Assembly: GCA_026391215.1 (NCBI GenBank)
Contig: JAPLDX010000068.1
Span: forward strand, 16,879 to 80,878
Length of the DNA: 64,000 bases
Direction: 5' to 3'
Origin: Bacteroidia bacterium
GTDB lineage: Bacteria > Bacteroidota > Bacteroidia > Bacteroidales > VadinHA17
The position numbers and the translations under genes are program-made. The notes below the pieces were generated by a model that saw only the letters and a program-made list of their open reading frames with translations, had not been told where the DNA came from and made no database searches. Numbering within the stretch: position 1 is the first letter of the stretch; the number at the start of each line of letters is the position of its first letter. Positions 10,680 through 20,021 of this stretch are shown piece by piece.

Positions 10680-12998
10680 ATGAACAGCTGTTATAAAAAG
10701 GATGAATGGCTCATAATAGAGGAGGGATTCCACCCTGAATTCAACAGGGAATCGGAAAGCATATTTTCGATAGGGAATGGTTATATGGGACAGAGAGCAA
10801 ATTTTGAAGAGCAATATTCAGGTGACAGCCTCCAGGGAAGCTATATTGCCGGTGTTTATTATCCTGATAAAACCCGTGTCGGCTGGTGGAAAAACGGTTA
10901 TCCAGAATATTTTGCGAAAGTCCTGAATGCGCCAAAATGGATAGGTATAGATATCTCAGTTAACGGGAAACCCGTCGATCTTGCAACCTCAAAGCTCACC
11001 TCTTTCAGAAGAGTGCTCAACATGAAAGAAGGATATATTGACAGGATTTTCAGAATAGCTGTATCGGGAAACAAAACTCTTGAATTTAATTCCAGGAGGT
11101 TCGTCAGCATGTCAGAGCCCGATACCGGTGTTATCAGATATTCAGTAAGATCGGTTGATTTTGAAGGTATTGTAGGTTTTAATCTTTATATTAATTCCGA
11201 TGTAAGGAATGAAGATGCCAATTACGGCAAAAAATTCTGGAAAGAAGTTGGAAGGGAAGTAACAGAAGGAACGGGGATGATCATATCCAGAACGATGAAG
11301 ACCGATTTCCATGTTGCAACAGGAATGTGCTATCAAATCCTTAGAAACAAAAAAGTCCTTTCTGTAAAACCGATCCTTACTAACCGTGAAAAGTACGTAG
11401 CCAATTCTTTTAAGGAAAAGATCAAACCCGGTGATGACCTGACAGTTATCAAATATGTTTCAGTTCTTTCGTCCCTGAATAGTCCTAAGGGAGACCTGAT
11501 GAATGATGTGAAGAAGCGGCTTAAGGAATCATCATCGAAAGGTTATGAAAAACTGTTTGCGGATCACAAACATGAATGGGAAAGAATATGGTCAGCCTCG
11601 GATGTTGTGATTGAAGGAGATATTGCAGCCCAGCAGGCAATAAGATTCAATATTTTTCACCTGAACCAGACTTACACGGGAAAGGATGAAAGACTGAATA
11701 TAGGACCAAAAGGATTTACAGGCGAAAAATACGGCGGAAGCACATACTGGGATACTGAAGCTTTTGCGCTTCCTTTCTTCCTGAAGACTGCCGATCAGAA
11801 GGTTGTCAGGAATTTGCTGCTGTACAGGTATAAGCATTTACCACGCAGCATTGAAAATGCAAAGAAGCTTGGTTTTAAGAACGGAGCAGCCCTTTATCCG
11901 ATGGTTACAATGAACGGAGAAGAGTGTCATAATGAATGGGAAATAACTTTCGAGGAGATCCACCGTAACGGGGCAATCGCATATGCAATTCATAACTACA
12001 TCAGGCATACCGGTGACAAGAATTATATAGCTGATTACGGACTTGAAGTCCTGATTGCCATATCCCGTTTCTGGAGCCAGAGAGCAACATGGTCGGAGGA
12101 TAAAAAGAAATATGTGATCCTCGGAGTTACCGGACCGAATGAATATGAAAATAATGTCAACAACAACTGGTACACCAACACACTGGCTGTATGGACATTG
12201 TCATATACAATCAAAAACCTGGAACAAGTCAGGGAAGAAAATAAGGATAAGTATAATAAAGTAGTCAAAAAGGCAGATCTCAATTTCACAAAAGAAACAA
12301 GCCTCTGGCGGGATATAATAAAGAATATGCACCTGCCCTATGATGATGTACAGAAAGTCTTCCTACAGCAGGATGGATTCCTTGATAAGGAACTTATACC
12401 AGCAGAAAAATTACCTGCAGATGAGCGCCCGATAAATCAGCACTGGTCATGGGACAGAATACTACGTTCCTGCTACATCAAACAGGCTGATGTGCTCCAT
12501 GGCTTATATGTATTTGAAGACCAGTATGATACTAAAACAATAAAGCGAAATTTTGATTTCTATGAACCAATGACCGTTCATGAATCATCCCTGTCAGCCT
12601 GTATACATTCAATTCTTGCATCGAGGATCGGGAATATTAAAAAAGCGTATGAACTTTATCTCAGGACGGCCAGGCTTGACCTCGATGATTATAATAATGA
12701 GGTTGCTGACGGTCTGCATATAACAAGCATGGCCGGAACATGGCTGGCTATTGTCGAAGGATTTGCAGGAATGAGAATAACAGACAGCAAGATCGTTATC
12801 AATCCGCTTATACCGGACAAGTGGAAGTCATATTCATACCATGCAAGGTTCAGGGGAATCCTTTTTGAGATAAAGGTGAATCACAGGACAATAATTATAA
12901 GAAACCTGTCACCTGAAGCCCTTAAAATCATTAGTTTCGGAAATGAATATGAGGTTGCCGGCAGGGAAAAGAAAGAAGTCCAAATAGTAAAAAAATAA
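10680..12998 (+). CDS. GH65 glycoside phosphorylase, probably maltose phosphorylase
   Basis: ESIFSIGNG, IGPKGFTGEKYGG, YWDTE, GPNEYEN, IKQADV, HESSLS; next to pgmB. Confidence 0.92.
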   Translation: MNSCYKKDEWLIIEEGFHPEFNRESESIFSIGNGYMGQRANFEEQYSGDSLQGSYIAGVYYPDKTRVGWWKNGYPEYFAKVLNAPKWIGIDISVNGKPVDLATSKLTSFRRVLNMKEGYIDRIFRIAVSGNKTLEFNSRRFVSMSEPDTGVIRYSVRSVDFEGIVGFNLYINSDVRNEDANYGKKFWKEVGREVTEGTGMIISRTMKTDFHVATGMCYQILRNKKVLSVKPILTNREKYVANSFKEKIKPGDDLTVIKYVSVLSSLNSPKGDLMNDVKKRLKESSSKGYEKLFADHKHEWERIWSASDVVIEGDIAAQQAIRFNIFHLNQTYTGKDERLNIGPKGFTGEKYGGSTYWDTEAFALPFFLKTADQKVVRNLLLYRYKHLPRSIENAKKLGFKNGAALYPMVTMNGEECHNEWEITFEEIHRNGAIAYAIHNYIRHTGDKNYIADYGLEVLIAISRFWSQRATWSEDKKKYVILGVTGPNEYENNVNNNWYTNTLAVWTLSYTIKNLEQVREENKDKYNKVVKKADLNFTKETSLWRDIIKNMHLPYDDVQKVFLQQDGFLDKELIPAEKLPADERPINQHWSWDRILRSCYIKQADVLHGLYVFEDQYDTKTIKRNFDFYEPMTVHESSLSACIHSILASRIGNIKKAYELYLRTARLDLDDYNNEVADGLHITSMAGTWLAIVEGFAGMRITDSKIVINPLIPDKWKSYSYHARFRGILFEIKVNHRTIIIRNLSPEALKIISFGNEYEVAGREKKEVQIVKK

Positions 12999-13014
12999 TT
13001 CAATCATAAAGATC

Positions 13015-14394
13015 ATGGAAAAAGTAATTGTTGGCCTGTTAACTGTTTTTATGGTATTGGCACTCGGCATTGGCGGATGTTCGTTCTTTGGTAAGAAGAA
13101 GGAGCTCAAGCCATTCACCTCTGAAGTCGTTCACCCGGACTGGACCAAAGATATAGTGATGTATGAGGTAAATGTAAGACAATACACCAATGAAGGAACA
13201 TTTGCGGCATTTGCGGAACACCTCCCGAGACTTAAGTCCCTCGGAATTGATGTTCTCTGGTTTATGCCGACTTTCCCTATCGGAGTTGTAAACAGGAAAG
13301 GCGAGCTTGGCAGCTATTATTCAGTAAAGGATTTCATGGATGTTAACCCGGAATTTGGAACGGTTGACGATTTAAAGGATGTTATTGACAAGACCCACGA
13401 GCTGGGAATGTATGTACTGCTCGACTGGGTGCCCAATCATACTTCATGGGATAACCAGCTTACAATTGATCACCCTGATTGGTATGCAAAGGATTCAAAT
13501 GGTAAATTTACTCCTCCCATCGGCACCGACTGGACTGATGTAATTCAGCTTGACTGGTCACAGAAAGGGCTTCAGGATTATATGATTGATGCAATGAAGT
13601 TCTGGGTTAACCTGGGAGTTGACGGATTCCGAGTCGACCATCCGCATAATACCCCCAAAGAATTCTGGGAAAGGGCAAAAGCAGAGCTGAGTGCAATCAA
13701 GCCGGTATTGATGCTGGCCGAACACGAAGGTCCGGGTTTTTTCATGGAGAAGGGATTTGACATGAATTATGCATGGGAGCTTCATCACATGATGAACAGT
13801 GTGGCTCAGGGAAAAGACAGTGCAAATGCCATAATGAAATACTTTAAGAGGGAACAGGCTGTTTACCCGCAAAAAGTTTACCGGCTTATGTTCCTGACCA
13901 ATCATGACGAGAACTCATGGGCCGGAACAATTGATTCCCTGATGGGCGATGCACAGAAAGTTTTTGCAAACCTTATTTTTACGGCCCCGGGAGTGCCTCT
14001 CATCTACAGCGGCCAGGAGACCTGCCTTGATAAGAAGCTTAAATTCTTTGTAAGGGATACAATTGAATGGGATGCATGCGATCTAACTCCATTTTATACC
14101 AGCCTGATAAAGCTGAAAAAAAATAATAAAGCTCTCTGGAACGGAGAATCGGGAGGGCAAATGGTTACAATTAAAACCGACAATAAAAACAAGGTACTTG
14201 CTTTTTACAGGGAGAAGGATGAGAACAGAGTGGTAGTCTTTCTTAACCTTACAAAAAAGAGCGTCTCATTCAAGCCTGTGCTTAAAGGGATTGAAGGTGA
14301 ATACACGGATTATTATGCCGGGGAAAAAGTTTCCCTGCCATTAAGTGTAAAATATACACTTGATCCGTGGGGATATAGAGTTTATGTGAAATAA
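13015..14394 (+). CDS. GH13 alpha-amylase-family lipoprotein
   Basis: Lipobox IGGC; YEVNVRQYT, DWVPNH, DGFRVD (nucleophile), LAE (acid/base), NHDEN. Confidence 0.9.
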   Translation: MEKVIVGLLTVFMVLALGIGGCSFFGKKKELKPFTSEVVHPDWTKDIVMYEVNVRQYTNEGTFAAFAEHLPRLKSLGIDVLWFMPTFPIGVVNRKGELGSYYSVKDFMDVNPEFGTVDDLKDVIDKTHELGMYVLLDWVPNHTSWDNQLTIDHPDWYAKDSNGKFTPPIGTDWTDVIQLDWSQKGLQDYMIDAMKFWVNLGVDGFRVDHPHNTPKEFWERAKAELSAIKPVLMLAEHEGPGFFMEKGFDMNYAWELHHMMNSVAQGKDSANAIMKYFKREQAVYPQKVYRLMFLTNHDENSWAGTIDSLMGDAQKVFANLIFTAPGVPLIYSGQETCLDKKLKFFVRDTIEWDACDLTPFYTSLIKLKKNNKALWNGESGGQMVTIKTDNKNKVLAFYREKDENRVVVFLNLTKKSVSFKPVLKGIEGEYTDYYAGEKVSLPLSVKYTLDPWGYRVYVK

Positions 14395-14396
14395 CG

Positions 14397-14515
14397 GCAC
14401 GTACCCACCCCCTAGCCCCCTCCCTACTGCGTAAGGAGGGGGAATAAATTAATAATCAGCCACATAGCCCCCTTCCTTGCGTAGCAGGGAAGGGGGTTGG
14501 GGGATGGGTACATGC
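14397..14515. repeat. Inverted pair of GC-rich hairpin repeats (REPIN/MITE-like, no gene)
   Basis: Left arm GCACGTACCCACCCCCTAGCCCCCTCCCTACTGCGTAAGGAGGGGG (14397-14442); right arm 14468-14515 is its near reverse complement; 25-bp spacer. Confidence 0.85.
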
Positions 14516-14563
14516 AGTTCAGGGATGGGGGGTAGATTACTACGTTGTTCAAATATTATTATA

Positions 14564-16411
14564 ATGAAAAGAACTCAAAGATTCATCAGGCTAACCCTGG
14601 TCGCTGCAATGATCAGTACAGCATTGTCTGCTCAGAAGATTGAGCGTGTTGAACCTCCTTCATGGTTCACCGGAATGAAAGACACAGGTTTACAGTTGAT
14701 GGTCTATGGGAAGGAGATCGGCTCATTTGATGTGATTGCTGATTATCCCGGTGTTAAAGTCACTAAATTGGTCAAGACCGGAAATCCAAACTACCTTTTT
14801 GTCAACCTTGATATCAGCAGCAGTGCAGTTCCCGGAAGTGTTAAACTGACTTTCACACAGGGCAAACAGAAGCTGGTGCATAATTATCCTCTCCTGGGAC
14901 ATCCGGCGGAGCCGGCAAAAGGTTTCAACACATCAGATGTAATTTACCTGCTAATGCCCGATCGTTTTGCCAATGGTGATCCATCAAATGACAATGTCGA
15001 TGCCATGCTGGAAAAAGTCAGCAGGGCCAATCCCAACGGCCGCCACGGAGGAGACCTGAAAGGCATATCTGATCATCTTGATTATATTAAGGATCTTGGA
15101 GTTACCGGAATATGGCTTAATCCGTTCCTGGAGAATAATCAGACTGCTTACTCTTATCATGGATATTCAATAACTGACCTTTACTGCGTTGATCCGCGAT
15201 ACGGAAGCAATGAGGATTTTAAAAATCTGGTATCAAAAGCACATGATACGGATATGAAACTGATTATGGATATGATATGTAACCATATAGGATCAGGACA
15301 CTGGTGGATGAAAGATCTGCCCTCGGAAGACTGGATCCATCAGTTCAGCACATTCACCCGCACCAATTACAGGGTGTCGACCAACATGGATCCTTATGCA
15401 GCAAAGAGCGATGCTGACCTGTCGGAGAAAGGGTGGTTTGACAATACCATGCCCGACCTTAACCAAAGCAATCCGCTTGTTGAAACCTACCTTATCCAGA
15501 ACAGCCTCTGGTGGATCGCTTACTTCGGTATTGACGGTATAAGGATGGATACCTATCCTTATCCTGAAAAGAACATGATGTCAAGATGGGCCAAAAGTAT
15601 CACTGACGAGTTCCCGGGATTCTTTATCGTTGGAGAGGTATGGTACCAGCAGGAAGCAATGACTGCTTACTGGGCACTTGACAAAGTAAACAGTGATGGT
15701 TACCAGTCTAACCTTCCGTCTGTAACCGATTTCCCTCTGTCACTGGCTACCCATAGAGCATTTAATGAGCCTGATAACTGGACGGACGGATTAGCCAGAT
15801 TGTACAATATACTTTCACAGGATTTCCTCTATCCAGATCCTTTCCGCAATGTGATCTTCCTGGATAACCACGATATGACAAGATTCTTTACCGAAACCGG
15901 TATGAGGCTTGATATTTACAAAATGGCCCTTTCATTTATCCTGACCACCAGGGGGATTCCTCAGTTTTACTATGGCACAGAGATAGTTATGGAAGGCGAT
16001 AAAAATCGCGGTGATGGATATCTGAGAGGGGATTTCCCTGGCGGATGGCCGGGTGATAATAAGAATGCGTTTACCGGAAACGGGCTGACAACGACCGAGA
16101 AAGATGCTTTCGATTTTACTGGTAAGCTGCTCAAATGGAGAAAAGACAAAGAGGTTATCCATACAGGTAAGCTGAAGCATTACATTCCTGAGAACGGGCT
16201 TTATGTATATTTCAGGTATAATAAAAATGAAAGTGTGATGGTTATTCTGAATAACAATGAAAAGAATTCAGTTACCATAAACAAAGACAGATATGCCGAG
16301 GCCATGGCAGGCTTCACAAAAGGTTATGATGTTATCACAGGCAAAACTGTGGATGACCTCACATCATTCAGGGTAGGTCCAAAGACAGCAATGATCCTGG
16401 AACTGAAATGA
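14564..16411 (+). CDS. GH13 neopullulanase/cyclomaltodextrinase (SusA-like)
   Basis: Signal peptide from MKRTQ (ATG 14564); RVEPPSW N-domain, YLLMPDRFANGD, YHGY, DGIRMDTYPY, VGEVW, FLDNHD. Confidence 0.9.
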   Translation: MKRTQRFIRLTLVAAMISTALSAQKIERVEPPSWFTGMKDTGLQLMVYGKEIGSFDVIADYPGVKVTKLVKTGNPNYLFVNLDISSSAVPGSVKLTFTQGKQKLVHNYPLLGHPAEPAKGFNTSDVIYLLMPDRFANGDPSNDNVDAMLEKVSRANPNGRHGGDLKGISDHLDYIKDLGVTGIWLNPFLENNQTAYSYHGYSITDLYCVDPRYGSNEDFKNLVSKAHDTDMKLIMDMICNHIGSGHWWMKDLPSEDWIHQFSTFTRTNYRVSTNMDPYAAKSDADLSEKGWFDNTMPDLNQSNPLVETYLIQNSLWWIAYFGIDGIRMDTYPYPEKNMMSRWAKSITDEFPGFFIVGEVWYQQEAMTAYWALDKVNSDGYQSNLPSVTDFPLSLATHRAFNEPDNWTDGLARLYNILSQDFLYPDPFRNVIFLDNHDMTRFFTETGMRLDIYKMALSFILTTRGIPQFYYGTEIVMEGDKNRGDGYLRGDFPGGWPGDNKNAFTGNGLTTTEKDAFDFTGKLLKWRKDKEVIHTGKLKHYIPENGLYVYFRYNKNESVMVILNNNEKNSVTINKDRYAEAMAGFTKGYDVITGKTVDDLTSFRVGPKTAMILELK

Positions 16412-16591
16412 GATCAGCAGGAAGAAATATTATTTCTGTCTCTATCATTTTATATTCTTTGTAACTTAAATTTATTCTAAAACCACACCTTAAATTTGTA
16501 CCTTTACTTATAGACTATTCACTTTCAATTTACACACCGAGGTTATACAGGGATGGAACCTTGAATCATTTACAGACAAAAAAATATAACT

Positions 16592-17683
16592 ATGAAAAAA
16601 ATATCGTATTTCATGATTTTCCTAATTTTTATCGGATGTCAATCAATACCATCGGAGGAATGGAATTTCAGATCATTTTATAAACCCAAAGAAAATCCGA
16701 TAATCCAGGCAGATTCATCTTTCAGTTTTGTCGATCCGGTTAAGAAAGAGGTGGTGAAATGGCAAAAAGCTGATGTTTTTAATCCTGCCGCCATTGTCAG
16801 GGACAATAAAGTATATTTGCTTATACGATGTGAGGATAATCCTATTGCCAATCTGGGCGGACGAACTTCCAGAATTGGTTTGGCGTATAGCGATGATGGG
16901 ATACATTTCACCAAATACCCTACGCCTGTTTTATATCCGGATTCCAGTGAATATATGATATACGATTTTCCGGGAGGATGTGAAGATCCCAGAATTGTTC
17001 AAACCAGCGATTCCTTATATGTTTTAACTTATACCTCCTGGAATTATAAGATTGCCCGTCTAAGTGTAGCATTTTCAAAGGATCTGATTGTCTGGGAAAA
17101 GAAAGGACCTGCATTTGCAAAAGCATACAATGGAAAATTTTTAGACACATGGTCAAAATCGGGCTCTATAGTTACTAAAATGGAAAATGGCCGACAGGTT
17201 GTTGCACAAATAAATGGAAAATACTGGATGTATTGGGGAGAGCGTTTTATCAACCTTGCTTGGTCAGATAACTTCATTGACTGGACCCCTTTACTGGATG
17301 AAAAGGGAGAGCTTAAGAAACTAATTGAACCGCGAACAAGAAAATTTGATAGTGATCTTGTAGAATGCGGCCCTCCGGCATTAATAACCAATGAAGGGGT
17401 TGTATTATTTTATAATGGTAAAAATACCGAAGGAGAAAATGCCGATAAGTCTCTGCCTGAATCTACGTATTCAGTGGGGAAAGTTGTTTTTAATACTAAT
17501 AATCTTGAAAAAGTAATCTATCGTACCGATACTTGTTTGTTAAAACCTACCTTACCCCATGAGGTTTCCGGACAATATTCGGCGGGAACTACTTTTGCTG
17601 AAGGGCTTGTGTATTTTAAATCAAAATGGTTTCTTTATTATGGTACGGCAGATTCCTATGTTGGTGTTGCAATTTCAAAATAA
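16592..17683 (+). CDS. GH130 family lipoprotein (beta-mannoside hydrolase/phosphorylase)
   Basis: Lipobox FIGC; VFNPAA, TSRIGLAYSDDG, GCEDPR, ECGPP, FAEGLV, LYYGTAD. Confidence 0.85.
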   Translation: MKKISYFMIFLIFIGCQSIPSEEWNFRSFYKPKENPIIQADSSFSFVDPVKKEVVKWQKADVFNPAAIVRDNKVYLLIRCEDNPIANLGGRTSRIGLAYSDDGIHFTKYPTPVLYPDSSEYMIYDFPGGCEDPRIVQTSDSLYVLTYTSWNYKIARLSVAFSKDLIVWEKKGPAFAKAYNGKFLDTWSKSGSIVTKMENGRQVVAQINGKYWMYWGERFINLAWSDNFIDWTPLLDEKGELKKLIEPRTRKFDSDLVECGPPALITNEGVVLFYNGKNTEGENADKSLPESTYSVGKVVFNTNNLEKVIYRTDTCLLKPTLPHEVSGQYSAGTTFAEGLVYFKSKWFLYYGTADSYVGVAISK

Positions 17684-17699
17684 TCAAAACATAAGTACT

Positions 17700-18446
17700 A
17701 TGAAAAAAATAAAAACTGCACTGAAAAGAAGTATTTCGGAGATAACATCCAGGAAAGCTTTATTGATTAAAAATCTTGTTGGAGGCATATTGTTTCTTAT
17801 GATTTTAAGCCTGTCAGCATTTGTTTCAGATCGTTCAGAATGGCGGCAGCTGTTTAACGGGAAGGATCTGACCGGCTGGAAACACGCTGGCCCGGGAGAG
17901 CAATATGTGGAAGATGGCTTGATAAAGTCACACGGTGGTATGGGCCTGATATACTGGCCCGGAGAGAAATTCGGGAATTGTATGATCCGGGTGGTTTTCA
18001 GGATGCGTGATGAAAACAGTAATTCAGGAGTTTTTATACGGATGCCTATCGAACCCCGTGAGGAATGGATGCCTGTTCATTACGGCTTTGAAGTTCAGAT
18101 TGACAATAAACCTGAACTATCTGACGAAGATGAATATCACTACACAGGCACTCTCTATTCACTGACAAAGCCATTAGCTAAAACCGGAAAACCAGGGCCT
18201 GAATGGAATACCATGGAGATTACCCTCGCTGGTTCCCGTACCATTGTTTATCTGAACGGTACAAAAGTGACTGACTTTAAGGAAGGGGATCCGGTACCTG
18301 ATCGTAAATTTGATTTTGAACCTTTCCGTGGTCCACGACCGGATTCTGGATTTATAGGTATTCAAAATCATGGTGATAAAGATGTTGTCTTCTTTAAAGA
18401 AATTGCTGTGAAGCCTCTCTCAAAAAAAGAACTAAATAGCTTATAA
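17700..18446 (+). CDS. DUF1080 (3-keto-glycoside processing) family protein
   Basis: LFNGKDLTGW, NSGVFIR, FEVQID, GTLY, EWNTMEI, GFIGIQNHG; likely start ATG 17700 rather than 17559. Confidence 0.88.
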   Translation: MKKIKTALKRSISEITSRKALLIKNLVGGILFLMILSLSAFVSDRSEWRQLFNGKDLTGWKHAGPGEQYVEDGLIKSHGGMGLIYWPGEKFGNCMIRVVFRMRDENSNSGVFIRMPIEPREEWMPVHYGFEVQIDNKPELSDEDEYHYTGTLYSLTKPLAKTGKPGPEWNTMEITLAGSRTIVYLNGTKVTDFKEGDPVPDRKFDFEPFRGPRPDSGFIGIQNHGDKDVVFFKEIAVKPLSKKELNSL

Positions 18447-18479
18447 TTCATTATTGTCTGACATAATAAGAATAATAAA

Positions 18480-20006
18480 ATGAAAACGATTAAAAAAGAG
18501 TCAAAGAATCCGGGAGAAATCTCCAGACGAAAGTTTGTTATAACAGCAGCATCTGGAGCAGCAGCCATTACAATAGTCCCGAGCTTCGTGGTAAGCGGAT
18601 GCGGGCATGTCGCGCCAAGCGATAAATTGCTTATAGCAGCAGTTGGATGCGGAGGGGAAGGGAGCGATGACATCCGTCATTACGCAATTGCACCTAAAAA
18701 AAATGCAGAAATTGCTTTCCTCTGCGATGTTGATGATAGGCAGGCTGCTTCTAAAAGAAAAGAGTTTCCGAAAGCTAAGTTTTATTATGACTGGAGGGAA
18801 ATGTTCGACAAGGAAAGCAAGAACTTTGATGCAGTGTCAGTAGCTATTCCAGATCATAATCATGCCATTGTAGGTCTTGGCGCCATGCAGCTGAAAAAAC
18901 ATCTGTACCTTCAAAAGCCATTGACTCACGATATCTATGAGGCTCGTATCCTGACAGAAGCATCTGAAAAATATAAGGTTGTTACTCAAATGGGGGACCA
19001 GGGGGCTTCATGTGAGGGAATGCGCACTTTAAGGGAATGGATTGAAGCCGATGTCCTTGGAGAGATTGAAAAAGTCTATTGCTGGACTGACCGGCCGGTG
19101 TGGCCGCAGGGAATTCCCTGGCCTGATGCCCGCCCTGCAGTTCCGTCTGAATTAAAATGGGATCTCTGGCTGGGTACTGCTGAAGAAACGGAATATATTG
19201 ATAATCTGGTTCCTTTCAACTGGCGTGGCTGGTGGCGGTTTGGTACCGGAGCGCTTGGCGATATGGGATGTCATATTATGGGACCACCGTTTAAATTGCT
19301 GGGTCTTGGGTATCCAACCGAAGTATCCTGCAGCGCAAGCACTGTTTACAGTGGCATTTTCATTGAAGGCATATATCCCGAAAGCGGACCAGTATCAAGT
19401 TCTGTACGCTTCAGATACCGGTTAAAAAATGGTAAAGACCTTGATCTCTACTGGATGGACGGCGGGATAACCCCGGAACGCCCATATGAAATAGAACCGG
19501 ATCTTAATATGAATAATGTAATGGCAGATTGGCCGGGACTTAATGATTATGAAGGGGGTACTCTTTTTATCGGGACCAAGGGAAAAGTGGCCTGTGGCTG
19601 GGGTGGTCGTAATCCGGTTTTGCTTCCACTTTCAAGAAATAAAGAGATCAATGTTCCGAAAAAATATCCAAGGGTAGAGGGAGACATGGATGGTCACTGG
19701 TGGCAGTGGATTGATGCCTGTATTGCAGGTTATGGAAACGCTGAGGTTGATTCTCCGTTTGTCGGCTATGCCGGTCCTCTGACTGAAACCGTTCTGATGG
19801 GCAACCTGCTCCTGAGAAGTTTCAATATCCGTGAAAAGATAAAACGCACAGATCCTGTTTATGGCAATATGGAAGGATACATTTTCCCTGGCCGTTACAT
19901 CAGTTATAAATGGGATGGGGAGAATATGAGAATAACCAATTTTGAACAAGCCAATCAATTTGTCAGAAGAGAGTACAGAAAAGGATGGGGTGACATGAAG
20001 ATCTGA
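18480..20006 (+). CDS. Tat-exported Gfo/Idh/MocA oxidoreductase (putative glycoside 3-dehydrogenase)
   Basis: SRRKF Tat motif, VGCGGEG, PDHNHA, QKPLTH, WRGWWRFGTGALGDMGCH. Confidence 0.9.
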   Translation: MKTIKKESKNPGEISRRKFVITAASGAAAITIVPSFVVSGCGHVAPSDKLLIAAVGCGGEGSDDIRHYAIAPKKNAEIAFLCDVDDRQAASKRKEFPKAKFYYDWREMFDKESKNFDAVSVAIPDHNHAIVGLGAMQLKKHLYLQKPLTHDIYEARILTEASEKYKVVTQMGDQGASCEGMRTLREWIEADVLGEIEKVYCWTDRPVWPQGIPWPDARPAVPSELKWDLWLGTAEETEYIDNLVPFNWRGWWRFGTGALGDMGCHIMGPPFKLLGLGYPTEVSCSASTVYSGIFIEGIYPESGPVSSSVRFRYRLKNGKDLDLYWMDGGITPERPYEIEPDLNMNNVMADWPGLNDYEGGTLFIGTKGKVACGWGGRNPVLLPLSRNKEINVPKKYPRVEGDMDGHWWQWIDACIAGYGNAEVDSPFVGYAGPLTETVLMGNLLLRSFNIREKIKRTDPVYGNMEGYIFPGRYISYKWDGENMRITNFEQANQFVRREYRKGWGDMKI

Positions 20007-20021
20007 TTGACCTGATACAAT

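Noticed and set aside
14477-14563. N-terminal extension MRSREGGWGMG... of the SusA-like ORF
   Set aside because: It is the translated G-rich repeat arm; the signal peptide starts at ATG 14564
17559-17699. Upstream extension of the DUF1080 ORF overlapping GH130
   Set aside because: ATG 17700 after the GH130 stop gives a normal gene arrangement
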